A stretch of DNA of 64,000 nucleotides from Parcubacteria group bacterium Licking1014_17 (lineage in GTDB: Bacteria > Patescibacteriota > Minisyncoccia > 2-02-FULL-40-12 > IGHO2-01-FULL-4-A): assembly GCA_007376485.1 (NCBI GenBank), contig VMGJ01000001.1, positions 41,788 through 105,787 of the forward strand. Reading direction: 5' to 3'. Shown here one piece after another: positions 39,957 through 49,111 of the stretch (position 1 is the stretch's first letter; each line of letters begins with the position of its first letter). The notes below the pieces were generated by a model. That model did not search any database, was not told the origin of the DNA, and worked only from the letters and a program-made list of their open reading frames with translations. The translations under genes and the position numbers were made by a program.

Positions 39957-41120
39957 ATGGTTTTTTCTATTCTGAAAAAAGATAAAAAAACGAAAGCCCG
40001 GCTGGGGATTTTGCGCACCGCCCACGGTAATATTATGACCCCGGCTTTTATACCGGTGGGAACGCGCGCAGCTGTGAGGTCGCTGGCTTCCGATGAAATA
40101 AAATCTTCCGGCGCGCAGGCGATTCTGGCTAATACCTACCACCTCTGGCTTCAGCCCGGTGATAATTTAATAAAAAAAGCCGGCGGTTTGCACAAATTTA
40201 TGGACTGGGATGGACCGATTTTTACCGACAGCGGGGGATTCCAGATATTTTCGCTCGGCGAGCGCAAATGGTCTGCGGCCCCCCACCAGCACGCAGGTGG
40301 GGGATTCTTGAAAAATAGCGGCAATAATTCGCCGTTCAACGTAAAAATAAGCGACGATGGGGTTTCATTTCAATCAGGAAAAGACGGAAGCGTCCACAAA
40401 CTCACACCCGAAAAATCCGTCCGGATTCAAGCCAATCTCGGGAGCGATATTTCACTGGTTCTGGATTATTTTTGCGGTTATCCGTTTAAGCGTGAATCAG
40501 CCGAGAAATCAGTTGAGCTGACGACTAAGTGGGCGGAAAGAGCCGGAAAAGAATTTTTAAGAATTAAAAAATCGGCGGTCAACAAGGGGCAGCTGCAGTT
40601 TGGGATTATTCAGGGAGCGGGTTATAAAAAATTGCGCGAAAAATCAGCCAAAGAAATTTCGGCCTTGGATTTTGACGGCTATGCCATCGGCGGGGTGGCA
40701 GTGGGCGAACCGGAGAAATATATGTATCAAGCCGTTGAATTTTCGGTGCCTTTTTTGGAAGAAAACAAACCCCGCCATCTTCTCGGCGTCGGCACGCCCG
40801 AAAATATCATTGAAGCCGTCAAACGCGGCTGTGACACTTTTGACTGTGTGATTCCCACCCGCGAAGCAAGGCACGGGAAGGCGTACATTTTTACCGGCGA
40901 AGGATTAAAATATAAAACCATGGACATCAAGAAAAAAATGTTTGCCGGTGATTTTAAATCTCTCGACCCGAACTGCGACTGTTTCGCCTGCGCCCGCCAC
41001 ACCCGCGCCTATATCCACCATTTGTATCAAATCAAAGAAATCCTCGGCTTGCGTTTAATGACAGAGCATAATTTGATGTTTTATAATCGGCTTATGGAAA
41101 AAATACGGGCATCCGTTTGA
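39957..41120 (+). CDS. tgt: tRNA-guanine transglycosylase (queuine tRNA-ribosyltransferase)
   Basis: 'FTDSGGFQIFSL', 'LGSDI', 'GVGTPENI..GCDTFDCVIPTR', zinc site 'CDCFACARHTRAYIHHL'; ~25-aa insertion after 'FSLGE'. Confidence 0.85.
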   Translation: MVFSILKKDKKTKARLGILRTAHGNIMTPAFIPVGTRAAVRSLASDEIKSSGAQAILANTYHLWLQPGDNLIKKAGGLHKFMDWDGPIFTDSGGFQIFSLGERKWSAAPHQHAGGGFLKNSGNNSPFNVKISDDGVSFQSGKDGSVHKLTPEKSVRIQANLGSDISLVLDYFCGYPFKRESAEKSVELTTKWAERAGKEFLRIKKSAVNKGQLQFGIIQGAGYKKLREKSAKEISALDFDGYAIGGVAVGEPEKYMYQAVEFSVPFLEENKPRHLLGVGTPENIIEAVKRGCDTFDCVIPTREARHGKAYIFTGEGLKYKTMDIKKKMFAGDFKSLDPNCDCFACARHTRAYIHHLYQIKEILGLRLMTEHNLMFYNRLMEKIRASV

Positions 41121-41157
41121 TTAAATATTTTATCTCTGGCATCATTTACTTATATTT

Positions 41158-41880
41158 ATGCCGAATCCATCTTTATTCCCTTCAATAAAAATGGTCTGCG
41201 ATATTGAAACCGTTGGCGAGGATTTTGATTCTCTGGATAAAACCACGCAAGATGTTCTGACGGACTGGATAAGAAAAGAATCGGGGACCGAGGAAGAATA
41301 CAGAGTGGCGCTTGAAGAACTGAAAAACCGGCTGGGATTTTCGCCTCTTACGGCACAGGCGGTGGCGGTCGGGCTTCTGGACGTTGACGGCGACAAAGGC
41401 GCCGTTTATTATCAGAATCCGGCGGATAAAAATCAGGAATCCGAAGAAGGCGGAATAAAATACAAAGCAATGTCCGAACCGGAAATGCTTTCAAAATTCT
41501 GGGAGTTGGCGGGCAAGTGCAGGGAAGTGATTACTTTCAATGGGCGGTCTTTTGACGTCCCGTTTTTGATTATCCGCTCCGCCGTCCATAAAATCCGCCC
41601 AAGTGTGAATCTTATGCCGCCGCGTTTTGCCTCCGACTCGCGCCATATAGATTTGCTTGACCAGCTCACTTATTACGGCTCCGTCAGGAAAAAAGGTAAT
41701 CTGCATTTATGGTCAAGAGTTTTCGGCATAACAAGCCCGAAAGAACAGGGGGTTAAAGGCGAAGACGTCGGGCGGCTTTTCAAAGAAGGCAAATATCTGG
41801 AGATTGCTAAATACAACGCGGGCGACCTATTCGCCACCCGCGAGCTATATGAAATTTGGGACGATTACGTGAGGTTTTAG
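41158..41880 (+). CDS. RNase H-like 3'-5' exonuclease (PolB-exonuclease-like, DEDD)
   Basis: 'MVCDIETVGEDF' Exo I motif, 'ITFNGRSFDVPFL', 'YNAGDLFATRELYE' Exo III-like; alternative start ATG 41191. Confidence 0.6.
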   Translation: MPNPSLFPSIKMVCDIETVGEDFDSLDKTTQDVLTDWIRKESGTEEEYRVALEELKNRLGFSPLTAQAVAVGLLDVDGDKGAVYYQNPADKNQESEEGGIKYKAMSEPEMLSKFWELAGKCREVITFNGRSFDVPFLIIRSAVHKIRPSVNLMPPRFASDSRHIDLLDQLTYYGSVRKKGNLHLWSRVFGITSPKEQGVKGEDVGRLFKEGKYLEIAKYNAGDLFATRELYEIWDDYVRF

Positions 41881-42174
41881 AGTAACGGTGTTCTTTTATT
41901 CGGAGGTGTAAATTGAGGGACAAATACGTGAAGGCATTATGCGGTTTTTTGGGGGAAGAGGCAATCGAAGTTCTCGAGGAAAATCCCGAAAAAATAAGTG
42001 AAGCCGTGGGATTACTAAAAGTGATTGAGTCAAAATTTGGGGTGCCTCGCCATGATCAAACCCCATTACCGGGATTGGGAATTTCTCCCCCGCTGATTCA
42101 AGGTAGTTTAGATATCTGTCGCACATAGTTTACCTCTGTTTCGAGCATTAGGCGGGCTGTTCCACTAAGTCCGC

Positions 42175-42226
42175 CTTTTATATTCAATCGCCCGACTTCC
42201 CGTATTCCGGTCCGAGAAAATCATTT
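42175..42226 (+). repeat. ~52-nt direct repeat copy 1 (preceded by hairpin + TTTTAT)
   Basis: 'CTTTTATATTCAATCGCCCGACTTCCCGTATTCCGGTCCGAGAAAATCATTT' ~85% identical to 43019-43071. Confidence 0.6.
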
Positions 42227-42243
42227 GTAGCTTAACAGGGGAT

Positions 42244-42271
42244 TGACTTTTTACTCTCACCTTGCTATCAT
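42244..42271 (+). promoter_or_regulatory. sigma70-like promoter with no downstream ORF
   Basis: -35 'TTGACT'(42244-42249), 16-nt spacer, -10 'TATCAT'(42266-42271). Confidence 0.4.
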
Positions 42272-42452
42272 ATATGGCATAAGCGCACTTTGAATATAAG
42301 TTTCTTTTAGGGCTCAATAAAGCCAGTATTTTTGAATCTATTTATGAGATTTTAGCTAACTTTCAGGCAAGAGAAAATTCATTGTATAAAAAGGCCGAGT
42401 AGAAATTTAGTTAGATATTGGTTTTATTAAGTTCTAAATGACGTTCAAAGCA

Positions 42453-42474
42453 AAACCCGCCTAAGGCGGGTTTT
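42453..42474. terminator. bidirectional hairpin terminator (3' of RRM gene on - strand)
   Basis: 'AAAACCCGCC-TAA-GGCGGGTTTT' perfect 10-bp stem with A/T runs on both sides. Confidence 0.65.
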
Positions 42475-42495
42475 GCTTTGCGGATTCCGGCGCTG

Positions 42496-42825
42496 CTAAT
42501 TTCCGCCGTAACCCCCGCCGCCGAAACCGTGGCTTCCGCGGAATCCTCCTCCGCCGCCTTGTCTGGGCGGGCGGGCTTCCGGCGGGCGGGCTTCGTTGAC
42601 CGTAATGGTGCGGCCGTCAAATTCCTTGCCGTTCATGCCTTCTATGGCTTTTTGGGCTTCTTCCTCCGTGGACATTTCCACAAAGCCGAATCCCTTTGAA
42701 CGGCCGGACATTCTGTCGATAATGACTGCCGCCGACTCAACCGTGCCAAACTGGGCGAATGCCTCTTTCAGCTTTTCCTCGGTTGTATCGTAAGACAATC
42801 CTCCGACGTATAATTTCTTTGCCAT
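42496..42825 (-). CDS. RRM-type glycine-rich RNA-binding protein
   Basis: 'KLYVGGLSYDTTEEKLKEAF' RNP2, 'KGFGFVEM' RNP1, C-terminal 'GGGGGFRGSHGFGGGGYGG'; start set at MAKK (ORF extends to 42858). Confidence 0.8.
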   Translation of the reverse strand: MAKKLYVGGLSYDTTEEKLKEAFAQFGTVESAAVIIDRMSGRSKGFGFVEMSTEEEAQKAIEGMNGKEFDGRTITVNEARPPEARPPRQGGGGGFRGSHGFGGGGYGGN

Positions 42826-43018
42826 TTTTTCTGTACACACAACTAAACTAATTTGCAAGTCCGACCCTCGCTACTTTTTCCCTTTCGGACTCGCACATGT
42901 TTATTTGTGTAAGGAAGTAAAAAAATAGAAGCGCTTGCATCTAATATTAATAATAAGACATTCCGGGGGAGAAAGCAATAGAAGAGCAGCTGCCGGACGG
43001 GATGGTTAACTGCTATCC

Positions 43019-43071
43019 CTTTTATATTTAGTCGCCCGACTTCCTGTATCCCGGTTCGGGAAAATCTTTTT
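43019..43071 (+). repeat. ~52-nt direct repeat copy 2
   Basis: 'CTTTTATATTTAGTCGCCCGACTTCCTGTATCCCGGTTCGGGAAAATCTTTTT'. Confidence 0.6.
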
Positions 43072-43082
43072 CCTCACACAGC

Positions 43083-43116
43083 GACATTCTCACATTCTTG
43101 AGAATGTGAGAATGAC
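43083..43116. promoter_or_regulatory. 34-bp palindrome (candidate operator) upstream of ArsR-like gene
   Basis: 'GACATTCTCACATTC-TTGA-GAATGTGAGAATGAC' (one mismatch). Confidence 0.55.
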
Positions 43117-43127
43117 ATATTTTATAG

Positions 43128-43469
43128 GTGTGTTATGATGTATTTATGGGTGTGGGACTTTTTCATAAAAGAAATAGAAATAAAAATAAGTCTGCCAAAA
43201 CCGCCAAGCAGATGGAACGACATTTCAAGGGGATAGCCAATCACCGACGAATTGAAGTTCTACTTCTCATTGATAAGCATGGGGGAATAAGCGTGGAAGA
43301 AATAGCGGAAAGCGTTGCCTGCAATTTCAAAACAATTTCTGAACATGTGCGCCGGCTCGCGCAAGCGGGGCTTGTTGAGAAAAAATACAAGGGCCGTTTA
43401 GTCACTCACACCCTGTCTCCCTACGGTAAAATTTTTACTGAATTTATATTGACATTCTCACATTCTTGA
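43128..43469 (+). CDS. ArsR/SmtB-family winged-helix transcriptional regulator
   Basis: 'HFKGIANHRRIEVLLLI..ISVEEIAESVACNFKTISEHVRRLAQAGLVEKKYKGRLVTHTL' ArsR-type HTH; real start may be a downstream Met. Confidence 0.65.
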   Translation: MCYDVFMGVGLFHKRNRNKNKSAKTAKQMERHFKGIANHRRIEVLLLIDKHGGISVEEIAESVACNFKTISEHVRRLAQAGLVEKKYKGRLVTHTLSPYGKIFTEFILTFSHS

Positions 43470-43484
43470 GAATGTGAGAATGTC
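43451..43484. promoter_or_regulatory. 34-bp perfect palindrome overlapping ArsR-like stop codon, upstream of helicase gene
   Basis: 'GACATTCTCACATTC-TTGA-GAATGTGAGAATGTC' perfect 15-bp arms. Confidence 0.55.
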
Positions 43485-43522
43485 ATATTTTTTGGGAAGT
43501 GTGCTAGTGTTATTATGAATAT

Positions 43523-46504
43523 ATGGATAATTTTGAGCGCGAATATAAAAAGCTCAATCCGGAGCAGAAAAAAGCCGTAGACGAGGTTGAAGGGCCGGTA
43601 ATGGTTATTGCCGGGCCAGGGACGGGGAAAACAAAGGTTTTAACTTTACGGATTGCCAATATTCTGAAAAAGACCCAGGCGGAGCCGAGGGTAATTCTAG
43701 CGCTTACTTTTACCGAAAACGGGGCGGTGACAATGCGCCGGCGGCTGGCGGAAATCATCGGCGGAGCGGCTTATGAGGTTAACTTTTCCACCTATCACGG
43801 TTTTTGCAACGGCATAATTCAGCGTTATCCCGATAAATTTCCTGCCATAATCGGCTCGACGAACATAACCGAAGTGGAACAGATTGAATTGCTGGAAAAA
43901 ATTTTAAATGGCGCTCCCCAGTCGGAATTGAAACCGTTCGGCGACCCCTTGCACCACATCAAATCAATCAAAGGAGTCATCCGCGACCTGAAACGGGAGG
44001 GCGTCTCGCCCGAAGAATTTGAAAAAGCCGTCAAAGAGGAAGAAAAAGAGTTCCGCGCCCGCGAGGATTTGTATCATGAGAAAGGAAAATACAAGGGGAT
44101 GATGAAGGGCGAGCACCAGAAAACCGAAAGCAGAATCAAGCGCAATAAATTATTAATTCCTATTTACAAGGAACACGAAAAGGCTTTACGGGAGGGCAAG
44201 CGCTATGATTATGAGGATATGATAGTCAGCGTGCTTGATGTTTTAAGAGAGGACAAGGAATTCCTTCTGCTCCTGCAGGAGCAATATCAGTATTTTCTAG
44301 TTGACGAACATCAGGACACAAACAACGCCCAAAACAAAATTCTTGAACTTCTGGCGGGTTATTTTGACAGGCCGAATCTTTTCGTGGTTGGCGACGAAAA
44401 GCAGGCGATTTACAGATTTCAGGGCGCTTCCATCGAAAATTTTTTGTATTTCAGGAATTTATATAAAGACGTTAAGTTAATAAATCTGAACAGCAATTAC
44501 CGCTCGACCCAGACAATTTTAGACGCCGCCATCGGTTTAATGGCGGGAAGAGATAATATTTCAGGACTAAAAGCCGAAACCGGCAATAAGGAAAAGCCGG
44601 TGATGATTTACGGTTTCAGTCTGCCGGCGGTTGAGTATTATTTTATTGCGCGCGACATCAAGCAGAAAATCAAGGAAGGCGCCGATCCGGGAGAAATCGC
44701 GGTTTTTTGCCGGACCAACCGCGAAACCTCACCTATAAGCAGGACTTTTGAAAAATTAGGCGTGCCATTCATTAACGAATCGGAATACAGCGTTCTTGAT
44801 GATGTTGACGGCAAAGCGTTTATTTCCATCCTGCGGGCGGTTAATAATTTCGGCGAAAGCGAATATTTGATTTCATTGCTCCATCTGGACATTTTTGGCA
44901 TTAAACCGCTTGATGCCTATAAAATAATCGCCTATGCCGGCGGAAAAAATTTGTATGAGATTATAAAGTCCGAGGAAAAATTAAAATCAGCCGGCGTTGA
45001 GGATGAGGAAGTGCCGATGGAACTTTATAAGAAATTGGAAAATTGGAACATAAAGGCGAACAACGAAAATTTAATAAACGTCTGCGAATTGATTTTGAGC
45101 GAGTCCGGACTTTTGAGGCGGGCGCTGAAAAAGCCCAACGCCGTTGATGCTGTCGGCCGTCTGGGGCGCATTTGCGACGAAGCTGAATCGCTGATAATAA
45201 GCCGGAAAAACTGCGTTTTCGGTGATTTTGTCTCTTATCTGGATACTTTAGACAAACACGAACTGACCTTCAAGTGTCGCGACAGCGAATTCGTGCCGGA
45301 AGGCAGAGTCCGGCTGATGACCGCCCATGGAGCGAAGGGGCTGGAGTTTGATTATGTTTACATAACCGGCGCCAATGATAAGCGCTGGGGCAACAGATGG
45401 CGGGCAGAATCATTCAAGCTTCCACCGCGTCTTCTGACGCTGTCCAACAAGCCGGCGGAGCAGAAAGACGAAGACGACGACGAAAGAAATCTGTTTTTCG
45501 TGGCTCTGACGCGGGCGCGCAAAGAAGCGGTTATTGTCTATTATCTTGGCACTCAAGACGGGAGAGAAGCGATGGAATCAAAATTCGTCGCTGAACTGAA
45601 AAAAGAGCTTGTGAAAAGAGGGGACACCGAAACCATAGAAAAAGAATTTATCGGGAAATCCGGCGAATTGCTGGCCCCAGCTCCTGATAAAAAACCGGAT
45701 TTGGAAGATAAAAAATTCCTGGCGGGACTTTTTGCCGAACGCGGTTTTTCGGTGACTCATTTGAATAATTATTTAAAATGCCCATGGAGATATTTTTACG
45801 TCAATCTTCTGCGCATTCCCCAAAAACGCGATGATGCCCTGATTTTCGGCAGTGTGATCCACAGGGCGCTTCAGATATTTTTCAATAAGGCGGCCGCGCT
45901 CAAAAAAGTGCCTCCCCTAACCTTACTTCTTAAAGCTCTTGAAGGCAGTTTTATTAATATGCCTTTCAACGAAAAAGAAGCGAAGGGTTGGCTCAAGCGG
46001 GGGCAGGAAGCTATTTCCGGCTGGTATAAAGCCAACAGCGGTAAATGGCGAACTGACATTTTATCCGAACTTTACATAAGCGAGGTGTGGCTGTCTCCAG
46101 AAATCCGGCTGACGGGTAAATTGGATAAGGTTGAATTGCTTGGCGGAGGATGGGTTAATGTCGTTGACTATAAAACCGGAAGGCCGAAATCGCGCGGCGA
46201 AATAGAAGGCAGAACTTATAAATCCGACGGCGGCTACAAACGCCAGCTGGTTTTTTACAAATTACTGCTGGATAAATATCAGAATGGCAAATATAAAATG
46301 AAGACGGGAGAGATTGATTTTGTGGAGCCGAACGATAGTGGAAAATACAAAAAAGAGGCGTTTGAAATTACCGGCGGCGAAACCGAAGAACTGGAAAGAT
46401 TAGTCAAAGAAAAAGCCGGAGAAATAATTAACGGAGAATTCTGGGACAAAACCTGCAGCGACCCAAAGTGCGAGTGGTGTGAACTTCATAGGAAAATCTC
46501 ATGA
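43523..46504 (+). CDS. UvrD/PcrA/AddA-family ATP-dependent helicase fused to C-terminal PD-(D/E)xK (RecB-like) nuclease
   Basis: 'LNPEQKKAVD', Walker A 'GPGTGKTKV', 'LVDEHQDTN', 'VVGDEKQAIYRFQGA', C-terminal 'VVDYKTGRPK..YKRQLVFYKLLL' nuclease core and Cys cluster 'CSDPKCEWC'. Confidence 0.8.
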   Translation: MDNFEREYKKLNPEQKKAVDEVEGPVMVIAGPGTGKTKVLTLRIANILKKTQAEPRVILALTFTENGAVTMRRRLAEIIGGAAYEVNFSTYHGFCNGIIQRYPDKFPAIIGSTNITEVEQIELLEKILNGAPQSELKPFGDPLHHIKSIKGVIRDLKREGVSPEEFEKAVKEEEKEFRAREDLYHEKGKYKGMMKGEHQKTESRIKRNKLLIPIYKEHEKALREGKRYDYEDMIVSVLDVLREDKEFLLLLQEQYQYFLVDEHQDTNNAQNKILELLAGYFDRPNLFVVGDEKQAIYRFQGASIENFLYFRNLYKDVKLINLNSNYRSTQTILDAAIGLMAGRDNISGLKAETGNKEKPVMIYGFSLPAVEYYFIARDIKQKIKEGADPGEIAVFCRTNRETSPISRTFEKLGVPFINESEYSVLDDVDGKAFISILRAVNNFGESEYLISLLHLDIFGIKPLDAYKIIAYAGGKNLYEIIKSEEKLKSAGVEDEEVPMELYKKLENWNIKANNENLINVCELILSESGLLRRALKKPNAVDAVGRLGRICDEAESLIISRKNCVFGDFVSYLDTLDKHELTFKCRDSEFVPEGRVRLMTAHGAKGLEFDYVYITGANDKRWGNRWRAESFKLPPRLLTLSNKPAEQKDEDDDERNLFFVALTRARKEAVIVYYLGTQDGREAMESKFVAELKKELVKRGDTETIEKEFIGKSGELLAPAPDKKPDLEDKKFLAGLFAERGFSVTHLNNYLKCPWRYFYVNLLRIPQKRDDALIFGSVIHRALQIFFNKAAALKKVPPLTLLLKALEGSFINMPFNEKEAKGWLKRGQEAISGWYKANSGKWRTDILSELYISEVWLSPEIRLTGKLDKVELLGGGWVNVVDYKTGRPKSRGEIEGRTYKSDGGYKRQLVFYKLLLDKYQNGKYKMKTGEIDFVEPNDSGKYKKEAFEITGGETEELERLVKEKAGEIINGEFWDKTCSDPKCEWCELHRKIS

Positions 46505-46519
46505 TGTAATTATAAATAT

Positions 46520-47146
46520 ATGGAGGAACAATTTGAGCAAAAAAAGAGCGATGCCAGTGAAGACGTTAATAGTCTTTTCGAAAAGGAAACCGTTGAACAA
46601 CTGGAAAAAACAAAAGAGGCGATATTAAATGATCCCAATTATCAAAAATACAAGAAGGGGAAAATTGATATTCCTACACTTAAGAGCCTATCCAAAGATT
46701 ATGAAGATCTGATTAGTGATAATTCCAATTTAGATAAAGAAAAGATTATTCGCTTTAGAAGCACGCTTGGAAGTTTGATAAACGATATAATCAAAAACGC
46801 CGAATCATACGCGGATATACTTATTTCCATAGAAGAATTCAAAAATACCGCTACTTATTTTCATTTGGATGATTGGGGAAAGGCGGAATGGCTGGGAAAC
46901 AAGGAAAAGACAAGAAAGAACACCCACAATTCTTTATTATCCAGTCTTGCTGGGCTTACAAGATTCTGTAGGATTGTTTTGCCAAAGGAGCTAAATATCC
47001 ATTTTTCTGACAATAAATTTTTTACCAGAAGCGAATTAGAAAATAGGGATTATATAGGCAGTTGGGCATTCTATTTAGTAAGGGGCCATATTCTGGAACA
47101 AAAACTCGAAGAGATTGAAAAAGAATTAAATAAAAGAAAGGGATAG
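46520..47146 (+). CDS. hypothetical protein
   Basis: 208 aa, hydrophilic, no recognised motif. Confidence 0.5.
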   Translation: MEEQFEQKKSDASEDVNSLFEKETVEQLEKTKEAILNDPNYQKYKKGKIDIPTLKSLSKDYEDLISDNSNLDKEKIIRFRSTLGSLINDIIKNAESYADILISIEEFKNTATYFHLDDWGKAEWLGNKEKTRKNTHNSLLSSLAGLTRFCRIVLPKELNIHFSDNKFFTRSELENRDYIGSWAFYLVRGHILEQKLEEIEKELNKRKG

Positions 47147-47169
47147 ACAGCCACACGGGTCGCCTATCC

Positions 47170-47433
47170 CTAATTCGCAAGTTGCCTCTTCCCCAATTCG
47201 GTTACTACAGAAAAGGCCCATATCAGAAGAAGGAGAGAATTGTTGTCTTCTGGTCTGATATCCTTGGGGAGACCTTTAATTTTTTCCCCCAACAGGGCAA
47301 GATGAAGATTTAACTCATCGCCCCCTGTCCTGGAGTCTCTATCGATTTTGAGGCAGAGACCAATTACTTCCGACACGAGCGTGTCGGTTTTGCTACCTCT
47401 TTCTCCTCTGTGGGACTCGAGATTTATGGGCAT
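47170..47433 (-). CDS. hypothetical protein (87 aa)
   Basis: ATG at 47433 preceded by SD 'GGAGGTGA' (ORF track extends to TTG at 47454). Confidence 0.4.
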   Translation of the reverse strand: MPINLESHRGERGSKTDTLVSEVIGLCLKIDRDSRTGGDELNLHLALLGEKIKGLPKDIRPEDNNSLLLLIWAFSVVTELGKRQLAN

Positions 47434-47564
47434 TCTGATCACCTCCTTAAACAAGGAACTTTTGAACTGAGTGAGTCTATCATATATATCTTAATAAGTC
47501 AAACTTTTTGACGTTCATTATCTATTGACACGACAACGTTTTTGTAGTATTTATGGGTTAGTAT

Positions 47565-48926
47565 ATGATTAATCTTTGCAATCCGAAACTGGTGTTGTCG
47601 CCCATACAAGAAAGCCCGAAAACGGCCGGTTCCGGCGTTTTTGACGGATTCCGCAGCAATTTGAGGCGGTCAGCCGCCGATAAAGTATTCATGGGCGTTG
47701 CCGGAGGTTTTGGAGAATATTTCGGGGTAAATTCTTTCATCTTCAGATTATTTTTTATACTTTTAGCTTTTACGGTTAACCCGGTTATCCCTCTGGTTAT
47801 TTATCTGGCTTTTACCGCTTTTGTGCCTCTTAAGCGCGGCAATTTTAATTTTAGTTTAGCGGAAGCCGGCAAGGGTTTTCTGGTTGAAAGAAATATTTTC
47901 GGGATGGCGCTCGCGTTAGCGGGGGCGTTTATCCTTTGGAGCGATATCCTTCATTTTAATTGGGCTGACCGTAATTTAATTATCGGAGCCCTGATTTGTG
48001 TTTTGGGTTTTTATATATTGTTTAATAAAAATAACATTGTTTCTTACAAGGAAAGACTGGCACTCGGGCTTGTCATAATTGGTCTTGGAATTTTTTGGTA
48101 TGTCCGCAGCCATAATCTTTTACCGATGCGTTTGGAAATATCATGGTATCAAATATGGCCTTTGATTTTATCGGCGGTGGGCATTTCTCTAATAAGAGGC
48201 AGGAACTTGCCGACTGTGTTTTTCAGCGGAACGGCGTTGTTCGCGGCCGCTTTGGCGACTGTTTTTATAGCTCTCGGGAGTATGGTTATTACGCCGGATG
48301 CAAATATAAGCGGCGCCGAGACGAAGACGATTCAAAGGGAAATAAGCGCCAGTTCGGCAATCGCGGATATTCACACTTCAGCCGGGAAATTGTATTTGGC
48401 TGGCGGGACTATCGATGCCGCAAGAATGGATTTTGACTCCGGCCAGATCGAAATTAATTCAAACTCGCGGCTTGAGAACGGCGTCCAGAAACTTTTGATT
48501 GACGGCAGGAGAAATAATACTTACGGGCAGGGTGCGGCATTTTTGAGCGTCCAGTTGAATTCAAAAATACCCGCGAAAATTGATTTAAAAACCGGCGGCG
48601 CCCAGATTAACTTGGACTTCAGCAATCTTAACGCCGAAGAAATTAATCTGACTACCGGAGTTTCGGCGGTGACGGTGATGTTCGGAGAAAAAGCCGCCGT
48701 GACGAACATGAAAGTAAAATCCGGCGACAGTTCGATAATATTGATAATTCCAAAAATCGCGGGTGTGAGAATTCACTTCGGGGACACTGTTTTGTCGCCC
48801 GAAGCCGGTAATCTGATACAGGTTGACGATAAAACATTTGAAACCGAGAATTTTAAAACGACATACAAAAAAATATTGCTCGATTTTGATACCGGCGCTT
48901 CTTCGGTGAGTATTGTCAAGAGATAA
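47565..48926 (+). CDS. PspC-domain membrane protein with C-terminal beta-rich domain
   Basis: 'DKVFMGVAGGFGEYFGVNSFIFRLFFILLAF' PspC domain, further TM helices, C-terminal repetitive beta region; promoter-like 'TTGACA..TATTTA' upstream. Confidence 0.7.
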   Translation: MINLCNPKLVLSPIQESPKTAGSGVFDGFRSNLRRSAADKVFMGVAGGFGEYFGVNSFIFRLFFILLAFTVNPVIPLVIYLAFTAFVPLKRGNFNFSLAEAGKGFLVERNIFGMALALAGAFILWSDILHFNWADRNLIIGALICVLGFYILFNKNNIVSYKERLALGLVIIGLGIFWYVRSHNLLPMRLEISWYQIWPLILSAVGISLIRGRNLPTVFFSGTALFAAALATVFIALGSMVITPDANISGAETKTIQREISASSAIADIHTSAGKLYLAGGTIDAARMDFDSGQIEINSNSRLENGVQKLLIDGRRNNTYGQGAAFLSVQLNSKIPAKIDLKTGGAQINLDFSNLNAEEINLTTGVSAVTVMFGEKAAVTNMKVKSGDSSIILIIPKIAGVRIHFGDTVLSPEAGNLIQVDDKTFETENFKTTYKKILLDFDTGASSVSIVKR

Positions 48927-49111
48927 CCCGCAATGATAAGGTGTTGTCGTCAATTCTTTACATGTTGATAACTCCGGTATAGAATGCAGCCATATGAATC
49001 CCGTACGAAGCGGCCCTTACGGGACTGTAAATGATGGACATTATTAGCTAAAAATTATTAATCAGTAGACACAGCTTAAACCTGTGCGTTGCTGTTGCTA
49101 CTTCATACGGG

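Noticed and set aside
41896-42128. Overlapping opposite-strand small ORFs 41913..42128 (+) and 41896..42126 (-)
   Set aside because: Neither has a clear RBS or motif. One may be real but cannot be chosen from sequence alone. The region may be untranslated.
48960-49110. Hairpin 'TCCCGTA-cgaagcggccct-TACGGGA' and 'TTGATA..TATAGAAT' upstream of gene 49112
   Set aside because: Single copy, short stem. Most simply read as a promoter or 5' leader of the downstream gene, with no further evidence for a riboswitch.
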